From Oculina patagonica (taxonomy: Eukaryota), in NCBI RefSeq assembly GCF_052425735.1, contig NC_135761.1:49166001-49230000 (forward strand): 64,000 bases of DNA. The letters run 5' to 3'. Below the pieces are notes generated by a model. It did not search any database. It saw nothing but the letters and a program-made list of their open reading frames with translations, and was not told the origin of the DNA. Position numbers and translations under genes: made by a program. How positions within the stretch are numbered: the first letter of the stretch is position 1; each line of letters opens with the position of its first letter. Positions 36,301 to 47,500 of this stretch are shown here, piece after piece.

Positions 36301-37348
36301 AAGACGGTTTAGCGGAGGTGGGTAAAACGCAGCACACAAATTGAACTTTATTCAAACTGATATGCTATATAGTAAACTCTCTTCTAACTTGTGACAGACA
36401 CCTCTAAAAGACGGACACCTAGTGTCGGTCCCGTCCCAGCAGTTTTTCAGTCATTTTACTGTAACTAGACTTGCTATTAAACGTACACTTCTCTAAGACG
36501 GATAGTTTGAGCCGGTCCCACCGGTACCCGTCTTAGAGAGAGTTGACTGTACCACTCGGAGATGTGCTTACCAGTTTTTTTGGATGGAGTCCATATTCCT
36601 AGCCTGCGTCGCAGCCGGACGTGTCACAAAACCTCGGTATAACTATACCAGGGTTTAGTTCGTCTGCAATGCGGGCTACCATATTCCATAACCATCACAA
36701 GAATTGCTCTTGTAGCCTTATATCCTTTTATTCGAGGAAATATATAGTTTATAGTAAGCAAATTGTCTAAATTCACAGCTCACCATCAACTAAGAGGTTT
36801 ACACCATCAAATAAGAAGTTGTCAATTCTATTACAAGCTCGATGTCCCTGAAGATGCCAACCAGAGTTGCATTACGTTATGAATTTTGTCTTTAATCTTT
36901 CTTAGGCATTACAAGAACAACCTCTTCAAAGGAAAAACTCCCAAAGGGTGCCACCACCTCAGGTCAAGATATTTCTTGTGTCTACGGAGTCAGCCCTTCA
37001 CCTCCTACAGGCCCTCAGCCGAAACTTCCATCTCCCAAACGATCCCGACTGAGGGCCACGTCTTCTCAAGACTCCCTGGGGATCCGAGCTACGCAATCGG
37101 ATTCAAGCATACTCAGTTCATCCAGTGATAAAGCCGCTGACCTCAGACCTAAGGTGTCCGGCGCATGGCTTGACAGCGTCATCGCTGCAGGTGGAGACGC
37201 GTCTCTCGGGTCCCAGTCCCCAAAGAGACCTTCCTCGAGCCCAACTTCCTCGCAGCAAAGACGTCGTTCTTCAGAGAGGCTCTTGGTGAAGAATTCTTTG
37301 GAGGGAGTTTCCCTTGCAACGGATGGTTCTGTGGGGAAAATAAATTAA
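30308..37348 (+). CDS. Second copy (B) of the last two FSIP2-like exons: 30308-36317 and 36906-37348
   Basis: The 1977-aa ORF 30392..36325 is colinear with 20794..26724, with the same splice sites and no frameshift or stop. No duplicated upstream exons are present. Either an uncollapsed allele or a tandem duplication. Confidence 0.75.
36600..36678. mobile_element. 79-bp MITE with 9-bp TSD, present only in copy B
   Basis: TAGCCTGCG...CGGGCTA termini; TSD CCATATTCC at 36591-99 and 36679-87; single empty site at about 27001-27010 in copy A. Confidence 0.85.
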
Positions 37349-39169
37349 CTCCTTATCGAGATTGTTTTAATTATGACGATTTTCACCATTTTTTTGGGGA
37401 AAGCTTTCAGTTTGAATGAATTTATACATTATCCAGACGAAAATATCTTGATTGCTAAATTTCTTATTTTTTCATCGATGTCATTTCTAACATTTACTTT
37501 GAATATTTATTGCCAAAAGCAGAATTTTATTGACGATTTTTCTTTTTCATATGCCGCTTACATTTTTAAGATTTTGCTTTCTTTGTAATCTAAATCTGAC
37601 AGATATCATTAAAAATAATTTGAAGATAAATAAAATTCATTTAAAAACGTGTCGTTTGCTTATGATTTCCCATTCAGTTAAAACACCTATCGAAAGACAG
37701 TAGTGGCGATGAGAAAAAAGATTATGCATTTGCATGTCCGAGGGACTGTAAATGGAAAAAGGAGTGCAAATTGCACCCACTGGTGTGAGGCTTATTTAAT
37801 TACCAGTTGACTATCTACAAAGCCCAGGAGTTAAGCTTGAGACTACAAATTCAGGCAGATAGTAGCAGAACAAAGGATCAGCACCAAGGACCTCCAGATT
37901 GCAAACCCAGTGTCCTAAGCTACCATAAAAGCTCTATTAGACCCACTCTTAAATAAAACAAGATTCTCTACTCTACGTTATTTAAGTTATACATCTACCA
38001 CATTTACGTTTTATAATAAGTATTTTGTGAAAATGTGTTTTTTATAAGTCCCCCCCCCCCGGCCCTTCAAAAGCTTAAAGGTCTTCAAAACAATTTTACT
38101 TTAAAACCCTCGACGAGATTAATACTACTTAAGAGCTTCTATTACGGTGCTTGTCCACGACGGCTTCCTAATGGCGTAGCTGATGCCGTTGCATTGCAGA
38201 AAACTGTGTAGTTTCTCCTTAGTTTGCAACGAGAATTTCTGTCTGAGCACAAGTAGCAGAGAAACTTTATCCCGCGATGCTCAATCGTTAATATATATAG
38301 ATTTTTTTGCCGCGAACTTCAGGCATCTTGGCGTCGTGCACATAAAGCGAGAAATAATTCAGTCAACCTTCAATTGAAAAACTTGCCAGATAGTTTATAT
38401 CATGATGGTTATGACATTTCCCACCCCTCCCTCCCACGCCCAACCCAATATTCCATGTTCTTTTTCCTTCATAGGTGCAGTAAGTTTTCTAGCTTTCGTG
38501 GCCGACGCTCAAAGGGGAAAGGGAGTTCGAGCGCAAAGCGTGATCGACTCCCCTTCTCCTTCCCCTTTGAACGCCGGCCATGCAAGATATTAGTTTTCTA
38601 AATGGGCACTGATTTGTGTCTACCGATAAATCTGCAAAATTGCAAAATTGAAAGGTTCTCCATTTTTTCTGGTCAGCTTCAGTACAATCGATCGCGTTTT
38701 AGTCCGTCTATTGTCAGACTTTTTAGCGAGTTATGCATGAGCGAAATTGTTTGTATTCAGCCGGTTCGCTGACGAAGACAGGCGAAAAATCTGTCTGCCC
38801 TAGAAAGGTTAGAAAAACAAAACAAAACAAAACACTAGCCTTTGGTCGATATGTGAATATGGGATTTATCAGCATGCCAAAATTAAAAGTGAACATTCCT
38901 TACGTGAAGTTCAGACCCGCTACGATAAGCGATATCACAATCGGTGATAGAAGACGGAATTAATAATCCAGACAATATCCTAACATTTCTCGACAAGGTG
39001 ACCGCCTATTGGCTAGTCCTAAGTGAACCATAAAAATAAACGGCTTTATTACGTCGGACTTTTGCATATAATTTCAATAGATTTGCATATTCTGAGTACT
39101 TTACGTCGACAGACCCTGGTTGTCATAACTTTCCTCGTCTGCTTGCGGCGAGGTTTGTATACGTTCCTG

Positions 39170-39352
39170 TAACATTTTGCGGCCATTTTTGTTGGTGTGG
39201 AATTTGCAATCTCGCGGGAAATTTTCGCGCCAAAGTGACATTTACTTCGGCTCGTGGTCATTGCGTGATTCGTGTGACAATCGCCGAGGAATCGAAGCCA
39301 ATGTGAAGGAAATCACGCCATTATAATTCTAACAAGCTTCGAGATTTGCAAG
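39170..39352 (+). promoter_or_regulatory. Probable promoter and non-coding first exon of the catenin gene
   Basis: Locally CpG-rich patch with GCGGCCATTTT (YY1-like) and TCTCGCGGGAA / TTTCGCGCC (E2F-like) motifs, ending at a strong donor caag|gtgagt at 39352. Confidence 0.45.
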
Positions 39353-41571
39353 GTGAGTTTATCACGGCGGTTTTCCTGTCTTTTGTACAGCTTTAGTGTC
39401 GTTAAACTATTGAACAAGGGCTGTTACAATCTGTAAAGATAGAAGTACAAACAGATTCCGGTGAACAGAAAATATCACAAGATTTCGAACGCCTATTTCA
39501 TAGGAGCTATGTTTTGAAAGTGACATTTTCTGTTTTTGGTAAACAACTTGGGTTCTATTTCTTTTGATCGAAGGACTTTAGAAAGCAAACATTTCAAGTA
39601 ATTCATAGCCAAACAAGTAAATCCCTTTCTCTGAATGGGTGTTTGTACATAATATTACGAGAAATATTCCTTGCACGTACCATGCTATTCCATGAGCCCT
39701 ATAATTTTATTCCAAGTTAATAATATCGTGAGTAGCATTCACAAAAGCACCAAAGTGAATTTTCACACTTTAATTCTACAATATTAACTCTTGGTTCGAC
39801 CCGGTGTTTTGAAAAGGCGATCAAACATGTCTCCTCAGTGCATGTTGACGTCAGAAAAAATATATTTCCCTGATCGATTCTACAAGATTTATTCGATCTG
39901 TTCAAGGCCAATATAAAGGTTGCATGCGCATCATATTTCAGTGTACTGATGTTGATTTCAAGGTTTTATTGTAGACCACACTTGGCCCTGCTTTGTTACA
40001 AATATTTATTACTTTTTATATTGGAATTATATATGTGAATATTCATGGATCTTTAGTTTCTGAAATGCCTCACAATACCGCAAAACCAATATTAATATAA
40101 CAGACAATTTTGTCCGTGAATTCTCGTAATAGTTTTGTTCGTGTACTTTTTAGTTCAAAAATAAACCCAGGAAGTCAAATTTAAGCCTCTTTCCGCTACG
40201 ATCGCTGTTAGTCTACTAAACAGCAATTATTATAGCTTTAAAACATCAAAGTACGAAATATGATCGAGGAATTTTAATTTCCACGCTACCCTACCCCGGT
40301 AAATTATGTGTAGTTGCAAAATGCGACATTGCTCGCTTAATGTGATGACTTTTAATGGCTTATTTGATCATTTAGATGAAATAAATCATTTTTATAAGCG
40401 TAAACAGCGTAAACTGAAAGAAATCATGTAGCGAAAATTGTTTGCGTTACCGGCCTCTCCCAAACAAAACATTTGACCTTTTAGCATTTTTACGCCAATT
40501 AGGGCAGTGTCTAGATTAAATTTGGTGATATAAACGCAAAATGAATTCTTTTGTTGCGCACGCATGGCTATATTGCTTAAATTAATTTGTTAGATCTTTC
40601 AATTTCATGATTGGCTGATCGTTAATTTTTTTGCCAACATACAAATTAAAAGAGTCGTCCCTTTCATTAAGTCAAACCTTGGAAAAATTATTTAATATTT
40701 CTTCACATTTTTGTCATACATACGATTAAACAACAAGTTATCTTTTACCCAGAAATCATGTCATAGATCCAAGGCGACATCTTAAATCTGTCGCTGTTCT
40801 TGAAGCTAAACATGTTTGCATGTTTCTCTCTAGTGGGAGAAATGTTTACAGAACTCCGAACGAAAAAAGTTAAGGGTTTTTTTAGTCTGTGTTGAATTAA
40901 TATTATTCAAATCCCTCAGACTGTGACGTATTTTGTCAGAACACTTTTGTTGTCCGCATATTTTCTGGCCACCTAGATGGTCCTGATCATGATTGTGCAT
41001 ATTACCTCACAAGTACTTTGAAGGCCAATAAATATTTTTTTCACGCTTTGAGAAATGTAGCCTTCGCGAAAATAGTCAGCAAAAACTTTGAGAACTTTGC
41101 CGAACAGAAATGAACTAAAGATGAAAAGACAATTTGGAAAAGTAAAATGATCCGTCATTTCTTCTTCTTCTTTAATATTCCTCTTGTTATGTTTACGAGG
41201 ATCGTTAGCTTTGGATGAAAGATTTTTGATGTAATCGATTTTTTATTGCGGAAAAAGAAATATTCGCTGCCATTGTTTCGACCGGCTTTCTTTCCTGTAC
41301 GTGGTCGACGCGGGAAATATTGTCATGGCAACTGGTGATTTGACTGACAAGTTTGAAAACCAGTAAACCCGTGGGAGGGTCAGAAAGACAATTGTTTGTC
41401 ACCGCGCCGGAAAACATCTCGTTCGGAACGGATTCTTTCGAGTTTTTCGGCACTTTAATCTGACTTTTCGGTTCTACTTTTGAAAACACCTTCTTTAAAG
41501 CAGAAGTTAAAAGACACTGGCTTCATTTCGCTGGTAGAAGCGTGTTATTTTGTCAAAGTGAGCTCGTATCG

Positions 41572-44500
41572 ATGATGGCGTTTCGTGGACGCGATTACAG
41601 CGAAGACTCCGCTGCAAACCTCCTTCGTTCTGTTCGTCAACAGGTGAGCTATATTTCGTCGTTTTACGTAATTTTAATGTGATTTAAATCATCAGCATCT
41701 TTTTTTAGTTGATTATAATTCTTGGATTTGTAACTGTCGTCGTTAATTCGTGGAATTTGAGGTCGGATTAGCGTTGTACTTGGTATGATACCCCAACCTT
41801 ACGAACTTAGCTTCCATATTTTGTCGTTCCAGAACTGAACTTAATTAGCGATCTAGAGCTTGTAAACACACTCCACTTTTCTTGTCTTGTTTGACAGGAA
41901 GCTCACTATGAACTGCTTACTCGAGAACTGGAACAAGAACGCCGAAACGTCGCCAATCAGCTAGAAAAGGTAAGGGGAGAATCTGTTTTGATTTGCACAG
42001 AGTCCGGGACAGAGTTCATGCGGGGAAGTTGATCTCGGTCGTTGAAGCATTTCAACTTCAAAGAACGGCTAAATACAGCGCAGAATTTTTTTTAATGGGA
42101 TTTAACGTCACTTGTTGTTATATTGCAGTGTAAATATGGCTCAGAGACAGCTAGTGTGAGTTCCATGGGAAGGTTAGTTTATATTGCACATGAGTTTTGT
42201 ATAATTTGAATTTTATGTGGGACCTTTGCGAGTTCAGCTTGAAGTGCTAGTACAGCCTTCGGCTCACTGCGGTGCGTATAGAATTCGGAGTTGTTTTTGT
42301 GTTTTCTCATTGTTCCTTCTCACGTTCTCTTTCATTCGACTGTTCGTTTAATCATAAAATGCAAATATAATTTGCTTGAAAGTTATGGAAAATACACCAT
42401 TATTAAGGTAGGTCGAAAACCAATGTCATTTGATTTCGCTCACGCACGGCGGCGAAAGGTGAACTTGAATTCATGTTTGATTAAATTAATGTTTATAGCA
42501 GAGATTTCACAAATCAGTGAAGGATACTTTTAGATCTAGATTAGAAACTCTAAATTTTGTTGCTGTTAATTGTTCCAACCGCAGGGATAAGCTAAAATAT
42601 TCACGAGACCTGCAAGTGCACTATCATTCATTCAACCTCCTTACATAAACACGCAAGAGGTTCTAATTTTGAAACGGAACTTCGTGTATCGAGTTTCTAA
42701 ATTTAGTTTACTACTCGTAGTTTGTGGTGGCATTTTTTTATTTCCAATGCTGTATTTTTGCTCGTTCCACGTGCGATCTGTTGTTAATCTCGTGGTGTTT
42801 ATAATATTTCTGTTTTCCAACACCAAGAATTAAACCCAAGAGTTAAGACATATAAATTCTGTGGTGATTGATTTCAACTTCAATATGGAAAACTTAAGCT
42901 TCTTATTAAAAGCTTAGGAGATATGTAAAAACATGATAGTTAGCAGCCCTTTTTAGAACGCAGTTATTTATTTATACTCGCAGATTTCGATGTAAACTTC
43001 GAAATAAAATTCCCCATGCGGTACGCATTTTAAACGAGCAGGTATTGTGTTTACAAATGTGACTGTTCTTGAAAGTAAATTTGCTGTTTCAGTGCCAAGT
43101 TCTTGATAAGTTTATGGAAATCGAATAGCATTTTTCCTGTGGAACTTTTGTTGTAGTTGTAATCTTCGCAAAGCGGCCAAATTTATCTTTTTCCTTTCCC
43201 CGGTCTAAAACGGTAATGAAATCTTTTTGCGGTCTTTTACACATGGAATGTTCGGAAGTGTGAAATATTTTAACTGAGGTGTCAAATTGTTGACAGTTTA
43301 ATAGAACTGACTTTCCAGATGGCTAAAGTACAGTATAGTAAACTAGCTTCAGGATAACTACAGACGATATTAAATATGCTGGATAAAAATCAGTGATAAC
43401 AACAAATTAAATTAACACTATAAACAGCTTAGTAGCCGTTTTGAATGCAAAGGTTAAGAAACAATTGTTTGGTGTAATTCCTTCTTTGTGAATTTTTGAT
43501 AGCATTTTGACCACACAAACTAATTGGGAGAACCGTAAACTTTTACTGAATAGTTATTTCGGACAGCAAATAAAGTTGCGGTGCAAAAAAACTCAATAAA
43601 AAAAATCATTTAAATTGATTGCATCTCATTTACAAGTTTTTCTTTTAAATTGCAAAGTGTCTCAGTGGGCAAGGTGTTTCATGATAAGTCTCCCCCAAAT
43701 CTGTCATCCTTCAATAATTTCTTTTTGATTTAGGTAGGGCAAGCATTAACATCATTATTTATAAAACTTTGATCACAAAAGCTGCATTTTGATTGACCTT
43801 GTACCGGGCTATGTAAATAGGGTTTTAACTTTTGTTGGCTTTCTTTTAAGAAAGATGTTGAAAATGGCTGGTTCTTGTTGACATAGTCTGATAAAATCAC
43901 TCTTATGGTTAGTTTGGGGGCATTCAAAACCTCTTATGTAAACCCAGGCCCCAAGTGAGGGTTTACATAAACTTTTGAAACTTTTTTCTTACCTAGCTAA
44001 TTAGGCCTGGTGAGCATGTGTTTTAAATCTCTTTCTTATAAATATGTTATTGTTATTAAAATTGTATCCTGATACAACTTGAATGTTTGGCCAAATGTTT
44101 CACTTTAAAGCCAGTGTGCATTTTACCAATTTGCTGTTTTCTTATGGTCAGACTATGTAGCTATGATCATGGTGCTTTTATTGTAAAAAGTTGCAGTGTG
44201 GGAAGGGGGGAGGGGGTCTCCCATATGAGAGGCCCTGTTAGGGGGGGGGGGGTCTTTATGTCCCCTGTCTGAATTTCTAATCTTTTCACGTCACTATTTC
44301 AAAAGGTTCGTATGTCGCTGTCGGAATTTTGAATTTGTCCATAGCCACTGTTAATAACGGAAATGTTTGAGTCCGAGGTGCATAATATAAAATAATGTGT
44401 TTTTGTAATTGTGTCTCCAAAATATTTCTATTCTTGGATATGTCAAGTTGATTTGTTGGCACAGAGTGAGTTTTCGACTTTGATTTTGGAGAGCGAATCA

Positions 44501-47500
44501 GTTACATGTGACACCTAAGAAGACACCTTCCTAGGGGGACTGTCTGGGGGCATGCTTCCCCAGAATATTTTAAAAACTGAAGTAGCTAAGACGTGTTTTC
44601 CTTTATTCTGAGCGGGCACAAAGAGAACATGGAGAGAATTATTCTTATTTTGTATTAATTAACTAATTAAAAAAAGTAGCAATTTTCTACCTCAAAATTA
44701 ACTGTCAGAGTGTAAGATTGCATTTGTTCAACGCACGAGAATGGTCTTTACAAAATACAAGATGGGAATACAATGGGTAAATCTACAAACAAGGCTATTT
44801 TGCCTACAAGCCTCTTAAAAAAGCGCCAATGTCACTGTCAATTTTGCTTTTTTCTTAATGTTGCTCTACTTGTAATTTCATGGGAGCATCTTGTCGTTCA
44901 TCAACATTTTAGCTTCATGTCCTGGTTGGAATTTACCCCTAACAGGGCCGCATATGAAAGTGATGGGAATGCTGGTCCTCTCCCTTAGGGGTATTTTGTT
45001 TTTTGTTTCACCTGGGGTGTTCAGGACAGAATGCTAATATTTACAAAGTAGCCGTCAAGGTGCTACATAGAGATACACAAGAAGAAACAAAAAGTTAATA
45101 GGCATGAAAATGGTATCTTTTAAGGGTCAAAAACAGCTTGCTTGAGCTATGTCTAGATTGGTCTCCTTCAGGGATTTAATTTGGAATTTCTAAACAAGCA
45201 TCCCCGAACTTTGTATCATATACGGTATTCTAAATCAGATTGTATTTGCCGGTGTACTGAAACTTAACACCAACGTAAAGGCTGTTACCATGGAAACTGT
45301 ATGATCCTTATCGTAGTTGGAAGCTGTGTGCATCTGTTTTAGTTAAAAAAATTTGAAAGGCAAATGATGTATCATGTTTCATAATAAGGTAGAGAAAAAC
45401 TAATCAGATAAGTAAAGTGAGCTTATCAATGGTTGAGGTCACACTTGGGTTTTTACTGTGGTAAAAGGCGTTAACTATGGTAAAAAAAGGTAAACAAAGT
45501 TTACCAAGGTGAAACCAATTAGTCGACTCTAACACTTTCCATATGGCGCCTTGACATAAGTATGTCACTCAAATCTCGAGTAGACGACAGACGAGAATAC
45601 ATATAGACATTCCTTAAATGTTTCTTTTTCCGTTCGCGTGACAGTAGACGTTTCTCAAATGTTTCTTTTTCCCTTCGCGTGACAAGAAATCCGCCATGGA
45701 TCCCGAACGCGTGATCGCTTCGATTGCAGCTCTTCTTTTCCTGATTATTGCGCTTAGAAAAGTTCAGAGATTTAGGTTTCTGGCACTTTATTTTCACGGC
45801 GAAAGAAAACAACGTAATCTTGCCAATTCCCTACTTGCAACTAGACTGACGGCCAGATTACGAGAACGGAGACAAAGAAGAGCTTTGGCAAGACGCGCGA
45901 GGGCGGCATGGGCTTATCCAAGACCACAGGGATGGTTTGAAGAAATGTACGGCAACCCAGTCTTGTCTACGTTGTGGAAAAATGACTTTCGAGTCGCTAA
46001 GGAGACATTCGATTACATCTGTCAGCTTGTTGGGCCAGAAATGGAAAGGCAAAACACTCGGTTAAGGGCAGCCATTCCTCTGCCCAAACGGGTTGGTATT
46101 GCGTTATGGCGACTGGGAACAGGAAACTCATACAGAACCACTGGAATCACTTTTGGGCAAGGGAAATCAACCGTCATCAAAATAGTTGAAAATTTTATGG
46201 AAGCGTTAATTAGTCATAAGAACGAATTTATTCAGTTCCCTGAGGATATCAGAGACGTCACGCAAGCCATAAGAAAAATGGAGGATATTGCTGGCTTCCC
46301 AAGCACAGTTGGAGCAATAGACGGTTCCCATGTTTCAATTAAAGCACCTCACGTTAACCACGAGGACTACTTTAACAGGAAACAAAACTACTCAATAAAT
46401 CTTCAAGGTGTCGTGGATGCTGATGGTAAATTCATAGATGTTAGTACAGGGTGGCCTGGATCTATTCATGATGCTAGAGTTTTGCGATTGAGTTCTCTAT
46501 ACAGGTTGGCTGAAAACAATTCTATTCTAACGGAACCAGTTAGACGTATCAATGGAGTATCAGTGCGTCCCCTTTTGATAGGCGATTCGGCTTATCCTTT
46601 GCTTCCGTGGCTGGTTGGCCCCTATCCACATTCCAGACAGCTGAATCGTGACCAAAGCAAGTACAACAAGGTCTTAAACAAGACCAGAGTAATCGTTGAA
46701 AGGGCATTTGGAAAACTCAAATGTCGCTGGAGGTGCTTACTAAAGCCGTTAGAAGAAAACACGTCCAAAGTTCCCCGCACCATACTGGCCTGTTGCATTC
46801 TGCATAATATTTGCATTTTGCGCGGCGATGAGCTAGATGACAACGATTATTCTAGTGACGACGACGATGATGATGACGATGGTAATGCACCTGTTGCTGT
46901 CGGACAGGGGAGGATTGTTCGTCAAGCACTGACTGCTTTCCTCTCTGCTTAATGAACTATTTTTAATGTGTTACTGTTGTCAAGACAATTCAGTTACACA
47001 TGGATTCGATCCATTATTTGATTGAAAAATCAAAAACGTAAGATCCAAGAAATTTTGATTTTTTTAATTAATGGTGGCTGAATTATATTCGGATACTAAG
47101 TGCAGTGCATCTACAGTTTGCTTATTTGTTGTCTCCTTGTTTTATTTGGCGTAGGAAGGAAAATAATAAGGCTGAAAAACAATACGAGCGATTCTTTTGT
47201 TGATTTGTATTGATTAATATTTATTCTTCTTGAAATTTTGTTGGACATTTCCCTGATGGTTATTAAGCGCGTTTTACCGAAAAGATATGCTCATTTCTTA
47301 AATTGATTATATATAACCATGTAAACAGGTACACAAGAAAATTGTGTACACTGAAAAGTAACACAGATTAAACCGAAGTTATCATCTCTCGTGTAACATA
47401 TTACATGTCTTGTTTGTGCTAGGTTCATACTTTTCTAGTTTTGTTTTGCAAAAAAAGCAAAGTCCATGCCTTAATAAAATAATGATCAACAAATCAATCC

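Larger units (their letters stand above)
28758..37956 (+). repeat. About 9.1-kb direct duplication of 19158-28234
   Basis: Colinear sequence from the C-rich tract cccctcgccccc..gtctatcatgtg to gctctattagacccactct.aaataa occurs on both sides of the gap. Confidence 0.95.

Noticed and set aside
39049-39261. Minus-strand basic ORF (MAAKCYRN...) as a divergent gene
   Set aside because: Short, no recognisable homology and no supporting downstream exons; AAAATGGC is explained as a promoter motif.
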